A stretch of 63,357 bases of DNA, the filler included, from Octopus bimaculoides (taxonomy: Eukaryota): NCBI RefSeq assembly GCF_001194135.2. It is 9 parts of 8 records of this genome, joined end to end, with 100 filler letters (N's around TTAATTAATTAA, not from the genome) between each part and the next. Parts side by side here need not be neighbours in the genome. Positions count along the whole stretch, not along the records: positions 24,579 to 38,474 come from NC_068992.1; positions 38,575 to 46,309 come from NC_068991.1; positions 46,410 to 58,328 come from NC_068982.1; 6 more parts are not named here. One strand, written 5' to 3'. Positions 36,939 through 47,859 of the stretch are shown here, piece by piece; positions within the stretch are counted from its first letter, which is position 1; each line of letters starts with the position of its first letter. Under the pieces are notes generated by a model. It did not search any database. It worked only from the letters and a program-made list of their open reading frames with translations, and was not told the DNA's origin. The position numbers and the translations under genes were made by a program.

Positions 36939-37215
36939 TCTATATATATAAAGCTGAGAATGTCTGTCTGTCTGCATGTCTGTATGTGTGCATCACTGAA
37001 ACTCGAAAACTACCCGAAGTTCATTCAAATTTTACACATGTCTTACCATGCAATGTTATGAGCAAAAAAATTTTCGACTTCTGACCTAATGTGAGCCCAG
37101 AGCAATCTCTTATCTCTTACACTGTTTCCATATTATGTCAAAACTGAAACAATAAGATCTCTCTTAATACTTTCACTATTATATAGGTTAAATTTCATTT
37201 ACATTCATTATGTAT
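36939..37215 (+). mobile_element. 5' part of a non-autonomous Helitron-like element
   Basis: TCTATATATATAAAGCTGAGAATGTCTGTCTGTC...AAACTCGAAAACTAC...TTCATTCAAATTTTACAC, similar to 25330-25600. Confidence 0.55.
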
Positions 37216-37272
37216 CTATATATATTTCTATTACTTTCAATATGTGATTGTTTGTATATGTATGTATATATA

Positions 37273-37305
<33 letters not shown>

Positions 37306-37309
37306 CTTC

Positions 37310-37700
37310 TTTGCCAGTGGCACGTAAATAGCACCATTTCAGCGTAATCGTTACCAGCGTCGCCCTCCTGGCACTTGTGCTGGTGGCACATGAAAAGGCA
37401 TTCGAGCGAGGTCGTTGCCAGTGCCGCCCGAACTGGCTCCTGTGAAGGTCGCACATAAAATACACCATTTTGAGCATGGCCGTTGCCAGTACCGCCTGAC
37501 TGGCCTTCATGCCGGTGGCACGTAAAAGCACCCACTACACTCTCTGAGTGGTTGGCGTTAGGAAGGGCATCCATCTGTAGAAACTCTGCCAGATCAGATT
37601 GGAGTCTGGTGTAGCCGTCTGCTTCGCCAGTCCTCAGTCAAATCGTCCAACCCATGCCAGCATGGAAAGCGGACGTTAAACGATGATGATGATGATGATG
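37310..37700 (+). mobile_element. RTE-type 3' UTR copy with subrepeat array
   Basis: About four 65-bp units, then the terminal GCATGGAAAGCGGACGTTAAAC(GAT)n. Confidence 0.8.
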
Positions 37701-37751
37701 TGTATATATGTATGTACATATATATATAAATGTATAGTATATATATGTGTG

Positions 37752-37784
<33 letters not shown>

Positions 37785-38011
37785 ATACATGTATATATAT
37801 GTGTGTGTATATATTTATATATATGTATGTATATATGTATATAAGTATATATATGTATGTATATAAATATATACATATGTATATGTATATATGTGTATAT
37901 GTATATATGTATATATATATATGTGTATATATGTATGTATATAAATATATACATATGTATATGTATATATGTATATATATATATGTATATATGTATGTAT
38001 ATGTATATATG

Positions 38012-38384
38012 TTGTTGGCACTTACGACGTCGAGGGTTCCAGTTGATCCGATCAGTGGAACAGCCTGCTCGTGAAATTAACGTGCAAGTGGCTGAGCACT
38101 CCACAGACACGTGCACCCTTAACGTAGTTCTCGGGGATAATCAGCGTGATACAGTGTGACAAGGCTGACCCTCTGAATTACAGGCACAACAGAAACAGGA
38201 AGTAAGAGTCAGAGAAAGTTGTGGTGGAAGAGTACAGCAGGGTTCGCCACCATCCTCTGCCGGAGCCTCGTGGAGCTTTAGGTGTTTTCGCTCAATAAAC
38301 ACTCACAACCCCCGGTCTGGGAATCGAAACCGCGATCCTATGACCGCGAGTTCGCTGCCCTAACCACTGGGCCATTGCACCTCC
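38012..38384 (-). mobile_element. tRNA-derived SINE (family D), well preserved
   Basis: Minus-strand head GGAGGTGCAATGGCCCAGTGGTTAGGGCAGCGAACTCGCGGTCATAGGATCGCGGTTTCGATTCCCAGACCGG with A and B boxes, followed by a non-tRNA body ending in (TA)-rich repeats. Confidence 0.8.
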
Positions 38385-38474
38385 GTATATATGTATGTAT
38401 ATATGTATATATATATATGTATGTATATATATATGTATATATGTATATATATATATGTATGTATATATATATGT

Positions 38475-38574
38475 NNNNNNNNNNNNNNNNNNNNNNNNNN
38501 NNNNNNNNNNNNNNNNNNTTAATTAATTAANNNNNNNNNNNNNNNNNNNNNNNNNNNNNNNNNNNNNNNNNNNN
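38475..38574. other. Synthetic assembly linker 6
   Basis: 44N-TTAATTAATTAA-44N. Confidence 0.95.
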
Positions 38575-38747
38575 TTGAAATCTGGTCCTGCATGTATCTC
38601 CTTATGACAATATAAATATCATTTATTAATCAAGATAACTTTGGCCTGAAGAGTAGCCTGCAGTATACACATCGCTTGGATATTTACTACTTTAGCCATT
38701 CCTTAACTTAATTTAATATTATTATTTTATTATATGTATATATATAT

Positions 38748-39728
38748 ATCATCATCATCATTTAACGTCCGCTTTCCATGCTGGCATGGGTTGGCTGGTT
38801 TGACTGAGGATTGGCAAGCCAGGGGGCTGTACCAGGTGCCAAACTGATTTGGCAAGGCTTCTACAGCTCGATGCCCTTCCTGACGCCAACCACTCTGAGG
38901 GTGTAGTGAGTGCTTTTTATGTGCCACTGGTACAGGAGCCAGTCAGGTGGCACTGGCAACAACTATGCTCGATGGTACTTTTTACGTGCCACTGGCACGG
39001 GACCAGTTAGGCGGCACTTGCATCAACCACAATTGTACGGTGCTCTTTACATGCCACTGGCACAAGAGCCAATCCAGTGGGACTGGCATCAACTACGCTT
39101 GAATGATGCTTTTTACATGCTACTGGCATGGGTGCCAGTCAGGCAGTATTGGCATCAGCCACAACAATGATTTCACTTAATTCAACAGCATATTGCCCAA
39201 TGATTGAAGGGTACTCTTAAATGGACTGGTTATGCGACATGGCTACAGTTTCACTTGGCTTGCCAGGTTTTCTCAAGCACAGCATATCTCCAAAGGTCTC
39301 GGTCGCTTGTCATTGACTCCATGAGGCCCAATGTTTGAAGGTCATGCTTCGTTACCTGATCCCAGGTCTTCCTGTGTCTACCTCTTCCACTGTTAGGGTG
39401 TGACACTTTTTCACACAGCTGTCTTTATCCATATGTAGTACATGACCATACTAGCACAGTCATCTCTCTTGCACACCACATCTGATGCTTCTTATGCCCA
39501 ACTTTTCTCTTAGAGTGCTTACACCCTGTCATGTATGCCATATTAACTTCATTTCTTGTAAGCTTACACATGTACTCAGCAGACACAGCCCATGTAGCAT
39601 GGCAGTTTGCACACATGTGTCATACAGGCCCTTTGTTACCAGCAGAGTTAGGAGCTCTCTGAACTTTACCCAGGCTATTCTTATTCTAGCAGCTACGCTC
39701 TCAGAGTATCCACCCCTGCTCCTGACTT
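38748..39728 (-). mobile_element. 5'-truncated RTE LINE (ORF end plus 3' UTR)
   Basis: CDQVRSRGGYSESVAARIRIAWVKFRELL...CVQTAMLHG peptide, 3' UTR array, terminal (GAT)n. Confidence 0.85.
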
Positions 39729-39731
39729 GGT

Positions 39732-39772
<41 letters not shown>

Positions 39773-39972
39773 ATGCACATGATGATGATGATGATATCTC
39801 TCTCTCTCTCTCNNNNNNNNNNNNNNNNNNNNNNNNNNNNNNNNNNNNNNNNNNNNNNNNNNNNNNNNNNNNNNNNNNNNNNNNNNNNNNNNNNNNNNNN
39901 NNNNNNNNNNNNNNNNNNNNNNNNNNNNNNNNNNNNNNNNNNNNNNNNNNNNNNNNNNNNNNNNNNNNNNNN

Positions 39973-40556
39973 CCATGCTAGCATGGGTTGGACAATTTGA
40001 CTGAGGACTGGTGAACCAGGTGGCTACACCAAGCTCCAATCTGATTTGGCAGAGTTTCTACAGCTGGATGTCCTTTCTAACGCCAACTACTCCGAGAGTG
40101 TAGTGGGTGCTTTTACGTGCCACCGACACGAAGGTCAGTTGGCAGTACTGGCAACGGCCACGCTCGAAATGGTGTATTTTACATGCCACCTGCACAGGAG
40201 CCAGTCCAGCAGCACTGGCAACGATCTCGCTCAAATGTCTTTACATGTGCCACCGGCACAAGTGTCAGGAAGGCGACGTTGGTATCGATCATGGATAAGA
40301 GTGGACTAAGAACTGATCTCTGGTAAACTCCAGCTTGTACACTATATTCATCACTGACTCTCACCTTACTGACAGCATCACTGTATATGGCTTGAATGGC
40401 TCTAACAAGCCACTCCTCTACTCCTAGCTTTCTTAGAGATCACCAGATAAGAGAGCAGAGAACCCTATCGAAAGCTTTTTCCAGGTTGATGAATGCTAAG
40501 TACAATGTTTTACTTTTGGCCAAATACTTTTCCTGCAACTGTCTTACTATGAAAGG
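39973..40556 (-). mobile_element. Second, internally deleted RTE copy (RT piece joined to 3' UTR)
   Basis: 40364-40556 parallels 41741-41930; GVYQRSVLSPLL peptide joined to the 3' UTR. Confidence 0.75.
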
Positions 40557-40829
40557 TTAGTAAAGTAATGAAAAGAGGGGTGTGAAGGTCATAATATGCA
40601 GTAAGGTGTTGCTAAGAAGGCACAAGTAGGTAGTGGGGATTGCAGTGGCTGGCGGAAACCTGGGTAGAGGGCAGTGAGGGAGGAAAAGAGATTGGAAGAC
40701 AATCATAGTTTATGAAGAGGAAATCTGAGGAAGAGAACAATGCTCTTTAAAAGAGAAGATGTAGTTCAGTTTCTTGGGGTAGGGTGTGTGAAAAGTTCAT
40801 TGTTACATGTGAGTGGGACACAACTCTAT

Positions 40830-43800
40830 TAGCACTCAGTTTTACTGACATGGGCAGGTCTTCTCTGGAACCTCATATCACCAAACATCTTGGTCCATTG
40901 TCGATTCCTCCATGAGCCCCAACATCCTAAGATCAGTCCTCACCACCTCATCCCATGTCTTCCTGGGCTCCCTCTTCCACAGGTACCATCCAGTTTCAGT
41001 GACAGGCACTTCTTTATGTCCAAACCAACGCATTCTCCTCTCCTGCATGCCTCATTTAATCCCTCTTATGCCTAACTTTTCTCTCAACACAGTTGTGCTT
41101 TGTCAGTCATGCACACTTATGTTGCAAATCCAACATAGCATACTACCTTCATTCCTCTCCAGTCAACACACATCCTCCACAGCCATAGCCCATGTCTCAC
41201 TAATACAGCCATTCTTACACTGGCATCATACAATCTACCTTTAACTCTGAGAGTCCTCTTGCTGCCAACAGAGAAGTAGCTCTCTGAACTTCCACCATCC
41301 TATTCTTATTCTAGAAACGATACTTTCAGAGCATCCATTCCCTTTACTAATTTGGTCACCTAAATAGCAGGAACTATCTACTACCTCAAGAGAGCCTCCT
41401 GGGCATTTGAGAGAGTTTAAGTCCCTTGTGCCCTTAGTGCTTATTATTCCAGTGCATCTGCCACACACGAAAGTGACCTTATCTGTTAACCTACTTATGA
41501 TTCCACTGTATCTCTTATGTGTCCATAGCTTACACTTGGTGCAGCAAATGGAATTACATCCCACACCTTTCCTACATGTTGAGAAGGGCCATTTACCTAA
41601 TGGAAGGAGAGTCTTAGCTAACAACAACTTTGGTTTTTACTAAGTTAACTTTAAGGCCCTTTAATTCCAGGTTTTATTTCCAAACCTGGAACTTTTTCTC
41701 CACTTCTACTTCAGTTCTGCAATAAGAGCAAGATCATCAACATACTGACAGCATCATTATATATGGCTTAAATGGCTCTAACAAGCCACTCCTCTACTCC
41801 TAGCTTCCTTAGAGATCACCAGATAAGAGAGCACGGAACCCTATCGAAAGCTTTCTCCAGGTCGATGAATGCTAAGTACAATGTTTTACTTTTGGCCAGA
41901 TACTTTTCCTGCAACTATCTCACTATGAAGATGGCATCTGTGGTACTTTTCTCTGGAACAAAACCAAACTGCATCTCATGTAGCTTAATTCTATCCCTAA
42001 TCAGCTGAGATATTACCCTCTCTGTAATTTTTATGACCTGGTCAAGCAGCTTGATACCTCTATAGTTTAGAAATAATACATTTCTAAATCACTCAGAGAG
42101 ATTTATGCAGTACTGATAGGATGAAGTAGTTGTATGCTGTCAACTTAATGTAACAGTCTCCTGAAAGGAATAATACTACTGTTGGTTAGACCTAGGAAGC
42201 TGCACCGCTTCCTGTCGGCCTTGACACATTTCCCATGTCCTTATTTTTAAAAGGGGGAGACAAGCCCCTCCACCCAGCTAAGCCTGCATCCAGAGTCTGA
42301 GTCTTTGCTCGTCATCAGTCTGGAGTAGCATGACGTGCTAGTCAAAGAAGCCTGTCAAGCTCTTGTAAACATATAATAATTCTAGTGAAATACAGTCACT
42401 GATTTCAAATTTAGAAATAATACATTTCTAAATCTCTCAGAGAGATTTATGCAGTAGTGATACGATGAAGTAGTTGTATGCTGTCAACTTAATGTGACAG
42501 TCTCCTGAAGGGAATAATACTACTGTTGGTTAGACCTAGGAAGCTGCACCACTTCCTGTCGGCCTTGACACATTTCCTGTGTCCTTATGTTTACAAGGGG
42601 GAGACAAGCACCTCCACCCAGCTAAGCCTGTGTCAAGGGCGACAGGAAGCGGTGCAGCTTCCTAGGTCTAACCAACAGTAGTATTATTCCCTTCAGGGGA
42701 CTGTCACATTAAGTTCACAGCATACAACTACTTCACCTCTATAGTTGTTTCTATCTAAAGTATCACCTGTACCCTTGTGGCAGCTAACTGTAACACCAGT
42801 CTTTGGGGATGACACCTTCCTGAACAACCTGATTAACTATGCAAGTGACTAGGCTGTATCCCACACTGCCTAATATTTTAATTATCTTGGCAGTGACACC
42901 CAATGGTCTAAGGGCTTTCCCAGTCTTCATATTCTTAATTGCCTTATCTATTATACTACTATCAACTCTGATGGCCTATCCCTCATTTGATTCAATATTT
43001 GAAAGACTCTCCTTCCCCCAATCATTCTCCACATTTCATAAACTCTCATAATGGCATCTCCATGCATCTTTCTTCTCTGAGTTACTAAGCACAAGCATAC
43101 CATTATCCATTCGTACACACTTCTCACCTTGCATATCTCTATTCTCTCCGATACACTGCTTTGCAATCCTGAACACCTCATGCCTCTGATCCTTACACTG
43201 TAGAACATTGGCAAATTTCTTACCTTCCACTATTCCTTTTGCTATTTAAACCTGTTGCCTAGTCTCCCTTCGGCCATCCTGATATAAGGTTCTGCTTCCA
43301 CCAGTTTTCCAGTCCTTCCAGATCTGTCTCTTCACTTTTATAGCACTGTCCACCTCCTTATTCCACTACCATGTCACCCTCAGCCTCGCTGGGACTTTGC
43401 ACCAGCCACAGATTTGGTCAGTGGCACCCCGTAAATTGTCCCACAGAAATTTCCAGTTATCCTCTATGCTATATGTCTTTTCCTCCTCTTCTCTATCATC
43501 ATAGACTTCCAGTAGAATGTCTCTAAATTTTTGTTGGTTTGCTTGGTCTTTGAACTTCCATAATCTTCTTTCCCAGCATGGTTTACTTCTCTGGATCTCT
43601 CCAGCCCTAATTCTAAAGTCACAAACTAGTAGCATACGTTGGGGTGTACACTCTTCACCTGGGAAAGACTTCGCATTTGTGAGCATCAGCGTATCTCATT
43701 GCCTGGTGAGGAGATAATCAAACTGGCTTATGTTCCCACCAGACTGATAAGTGATTAGGTGGCTGGTTAGCTTTCTGAAGTTAGTGTTGCAGATCATGAG

Positions 43801-44360
43801 ATCATTTGCATCACAGAACTCAATAGCCTTGTTCTCTCCTCATTCCTAGAGCCAAAGCCATAACCACCATGGAATCCATGGGACTGCTGCCCAACATTTT
43901 CATTAAAGTCGCCAGCCACAATAATGAAGTCTCTGTCATTTGTTGTTGAGGTAGTATGCAAAAGGACTTTGTAGAATTGGTCCTTCTGATCATTGTCCAG
44001 TCCAGCCTATGGAGCATAGACAGAGATAAATGTAATTGTTAATCTATCTATGATAAGTCTCAGCTTAATAACCCTATCACATACTCTGACTACCTCAGTT
44101 ACCTTATCTACCCACTTCTCTGCTAAGAGTATGCCCACACCTCCCTCTCCATCACTCCTGCCTACCCAGAAGAATTTGAACATCTGTTTTGTACCCATGA
44201 GGAATCTAGCAGAGGCTCTTTTCTGTCTCACTTTTTGCACATCATACACATCAATATGGCAACGCTCCATCATTTCAATAATCTCATCAGATCTCCCCTT
44301 CATTGTGCCAACGTTGATGTTTGCAGCCCTAAAATTGGGAGGAACAATGAGAAGGTAGTT
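40830..44360 (-). mobile_element. Decayed near full-length RTE LINE (APE endonuclease + RT), interrupted at 42068-42734
   Basis: APE fragment KFFWVGRSDGEGGVGILLAEKWVDKV...FISVYAP, RT fragments with YVDDLALIAE (about 41715-41744), CCTKCKLWTHKRYSG and LEVVDSSCYLGD; many stops and frameshifts. Confidence 0.9.
42068..42734 (-). mobile_element. Retrozyme/Penelope-like non-coding insert: about 344-nt tandem repeat plus inverted partial copy, 12-bp TSD
   Basis: TSD ACCTCTATAGTT at 42056-42067 and 42735-42746. Unit A at about 42067-42286 and 42411-42630, spacer B between them, and 42631-42734 is the reverse complement of part of A. Confidence 0.75.
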
Positions 44361-44582
44361 GTTGTGGGGCTTTTATCCTTGTTTGAAAATAAGATCTGTG
44401 CAAACGTTTGCTAGGTAGTGTAGTGTACATTGTGTATTTGATCCAATAAAGTATAATTTCCATCCTCCCATACAAGCATCCAGATTATGGGCATGAAAGA
44501 GAGGGGTAAGAAGGGTATGAAGTAGTCCTATATGTCTATATATATATATATTCTTCATTTAAAAGCAGCAGAAATATAATAA

Positions 44583-44628
44583 AAAACTGTTACTCGGAGT
44601 TTCACGTTCCCGTTCATCGGACAATTTT
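44583..44628 (-). ncRNA. Minimal type I hammerhead-like motif with U4C core variant
   Basis: AAAAUUGU-CCGAUGA-ACG(GGAA)CGU-GAAA-CUCCGAG-UA-ACAGUUUU. Stem I 8 bp, stem II 3 bp, quasi-palindromic stem III, GUA cleavage triplet. Confidence 0.65.
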
Positions 44629-45492
44629 ATTAGAAGTGGGAAAGAAATTACAATGCAATCAAAATTAAAATAAAATTTAAAACACATGGATCTGTTTCAT
44701 TGGTTGTTTCAAATAACGGTCTTGGGTGTGCAATGAACAAAACAAATGAATTCAATATAAATTCATTCTATTTTTTTAAAAATCGAAGAAAACCTTAAAT
44801 AGAAAAATGGGTTCAAAATACATATTGTAAATAATTATATTTGAATTATAGCAAGAAGGAAGTATAGCGTATATAACAAACGTACACAAAATGGGTTGCA
44901 TATATATGTGTATACAAAAATGTATATTAGCATCACGCATACAGATATATAGGGATATGTACGCAAATACACACAAACATAATTATATGTGCGTATACAC
45001 ACATTCAAGTATGCATGTGCGTAAACCTAAATGCATATTCTCATATATAACATAGATACACACACACAAATAAATGCATGTATGTGTGAATAAATATAAG
45101 CATACACTCTTATCCTTGCATACACAAAGAGGCACACACACGAAATCATTACTGTATGTGCACAAGTGTAAACCTAGGCCCTATTCGTAAGCATTAACGC
45201 ACACATACGAATACATATGCATTGCTACAATACAGACATCCACAATAAAAAACTTTTAGGTCTCAGTGTATATATGCAGACAACTTTTTTAGAAATTGCT
45301 GAGTGTATAAAAGTTAAAATTGGGCAAAAATACATACATAATAGAATTCTGTATATCAAACCATCCATAAAAATGGTTAAATTTGTTTACAAAGTATTTT
45401 AAAATAAATACAAATAAAATAGAATAAAGTAAAGTAAAACAAGAAACAGAAAATAGAAAAACTATGCATATAACAGTCGAAGGTTTTCTTAA

Positions 45493-46309
45493 CCCATTAG
45501 GTGCCGGATTTTGGCTATATTAAAAATTAATATTTTTTATATATAGATAGTGTCATTAGACCCTAAAAACATCATGTAGAAAATTTTATGCTTCTGCAGA
45601 TATTTTAAACAAGTGAAAACTGCCGTCCCATTTTTGGGACGCTGGCAGAATGTGGTATGTATTCGTCAATAAAACAAAATGCGCAAAAAACACTTTATTT
45701 TAATATTTCTACTCAATTGGTATATAAGAACTAAATGGCACTTTATTCCTCTCTCTAATCACTATATCCTAAAAAAAGAAAACATCAAGAACGTAATACA
45801 AATAGAAGAAAAGTTGATAAAAATGATATATCATTCATATCTCATTTAGAATGAAAATCTTGGAAGCATCTATCGTGCAGTGGAACCTGACAACGAGTGC
45901 AAATGCACTTAGTTTTCTTACCACATTTAGCACATCGGCGTTGCGTGCTAATGGGTTATACCAAGTGGTTTCCTTCATCTAATCGAATAGCTTCACTTAC
46001 TCTGCCTTTTGAAATTTTAGTCTTCCGCCCTGAACGCTTGCAATCTGAAGCAATTGGCTTTGATAGGTAACTGAGTACGATTTTCCTGCATGCAGTCAAG
46101 AGTGACATTGTTTTATCAGTAGATGCTTCCTGATACAAGCGCCAAGCATTCACAACGGTGATATCAAGAAACTGCGTGAACACGGGGAACCACCATTTCT
46201 TGCCACGTATACGAGTCCTGTAAAGTGAAACTTGTTTGTCAAGCATATCAACACCACCCATGTTATGATTATATTCTGATATGCATTTAGGCATATTGAC
46301 ATTCAAGTG
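45493..46309 (-). mobile_element. 3' part of a piggyBac DNA transposon, cut by the linker
   Basis: Terminus TTAA|CCCATTAGGTGCCGG at 45489-45507, subterminal palindrome CGTCCCA-TTTT-TGGGACG (45624-45641), transposase C-terminus upstream. Confidence 0.85.
45842..46306 (-). pseudogene. piggyBac transposase C-terminus (PGBD3-like) with one in-frame TAA
   Basis: YNHNMGGVDMLDK...YR...RGKKWWFPVF...LDITVVNAWRLY, then TAA at 45956-45958, then in-frame PISTQRRCAKCGKKTKCICTRCQVPLHDRCFQDFHSK* (Cys-rich domain). Confidence 0.85.
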
Positions 46310-46409
46310 NNNNNNNNNNNNNNNNNNNNNNNNNNNNNNNNNNNNNNNNNNNNTTAATTAATTAANNNNNNNNNNNNNNNNNNNNNNNNNNNNNNNNNNN
46401 NNNNNNNNN
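46310..46409. other. Synthetic assembly linker 7
   Basis: 44N-TTAATTAATTAA-44N. Confidence 0.95.
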
Positions 46410-46533
46410 AAGTGAGCACTATTATACAAAGAAATAATTAGACGTAAAATATAAAAATTATTAGAATTGGGAATCAAATGTAAAAATATCAAGTTGCTTG
46501 CAGAAAACCTCCCAGAGGGCAGTCTTTCTGCTC

Positions 46534-46569
<36 letters not shown>

Positions 46570-46869
46570 ATGCGTGTGTGTGTGTGCATGCGTGTGTGTG
46601 TGTGTGCGTCTGTATGTGTGCATATATATATATATATACAAAGTAACAAACTCAGGTAAAGATATCCTTCAAAGGGGTGTGTTAAACATTCAGTTCACTG
46701 GTACGTCAGTTGAATACCATATAAATATTGGTATAATGCAATTACAAAGTTAAATTAAATAGAGAGATACTATTGACATATAATTTATTTATATTATAAT
46801 ATTACAGGATATACTATGAATATAACACAATATTATATAACATAAACAATTATTGAAAAAAAACAACAT

Positions 46870-47790
46870 AAAAGGCCAACAAATTGTTTCGACAGTTTGG
46901 AACGAAGCAGTATTGAAAGTAGAGAAAAAAGGGAAAACAAAGGAAGAAGTATAAAAGACATGAAGAAGAATTCCGCAAGAAGGGACCATACAGCAATTCC
47001 ATGCAGCTACAACAGAAGTTGCTGGAAAAAATTGGAGGGATGGCTAATGAAAGGAACCCTAAAAAAGAGACCGAGAGCACTATATTGGCAACGCTCGACC
47101 AAGCTCTGACCACGAACTGGAGAGTCAACCTGAGGAAGGAGTGTCTCCGCTGCGCCGCATCTGCAATAGAGTGGATGAATCTGTTGCCCATTTCACGAAC
47201 GAATGTCCTAGACTTGCCCAAAACTACTACAGGTTGTGGCGACACAATCAGGTAGCGAAAGTGGTACATTGGAAACTGTGCGAAAAGTGGGGCTAGAGAG
47301 ACGCAAGACATGGTATGAGTACAAACAAAAGAGTGGCAGAGTCGGAGACTAGCAAAATCCTATGGGATTTCCCAATCCGAACAGACCGGACCTAGCAATG
47401 GTGGACAAGGTGCACCATTATGCTATATAGTTGACGTTTCATCCTTTCACCGACGAATACACAAGAAGGAAGGCGAAAAGACAGATAGATACAGCACTCT
47501 TAAGTACGAAATAGCCCGGCTATGGAAAATGAAGAAGGCGAAGATAGTGCCAATTACTACTGGGTCCTTGGAAACAGTATCAGAGGGCATCGAGAGGAAT
47601 ATAAAGGAAACTGGAATAGAATGTCCAGTAGAACTGTCAGAAAAGTTTTGCGTCCGTGGCATAGCCAGAACAGTCAGGTAAGTATTAGATAGCTGAAAAG
47701 AACGAATAGCATGGTACCATAGGCTGCAGATAGTAAGCCCGCTATGCATGCAAGACATCAGAAGCTCCAACAAACCTGTGATAAAGAGAA
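46870..47790 (+). mobile_element. 3' portion of an R4/Dong-like LINE (CCHC region + restriction-like endonuclease + 3' UTR)
   Basis: Frameshifted peptides KKETESTILATLDQALTTNW, AHFTNECPRLAQ...WRHNQVAKVVHWKLCEKWG, ILWDFPIRTD, KYEIARLWKMKKAKIVPI; followed by (AAT)n. Confidence 0.8.

Positions 47791-47791
<1 letters not shown>

Positions 47792-47855
<64 letters not shown>
47792..47855. repeat. (AAT)n array between two R4/Dong-like elements
   Basis: Directly visible. Confidence 0.95.
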
Positions 47856-47856
<1 letters not shown>

Positions 47857-47859
47857 TGA

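Noticed and set aside
38310-38384. Possible tRNA gene (also the head at 12290-12367)
   Set aside because: No proper acceptor stem and the sequence continues into a repeat body; these are SINE heads.
38645-38680. CTGAAGAGTAGCC possible hammerhead start
   Set aside because: The second stem II strand and GAAA are absent.
38911-39170. CRISPR-like reading of the 65-bp palindromic array
   Set aside because: Whole units are homologous (no unique spacers), the array lies in a LINE 3' UTR, and there are no cas genes in a eukaryotic context.
44270-44292. Minus-strand CTGATGA-GATTATT-GAAA
   Set aside because: Stem II is too short and the string is part of the RTE endonuclease coding sequence (SDEIIEM).
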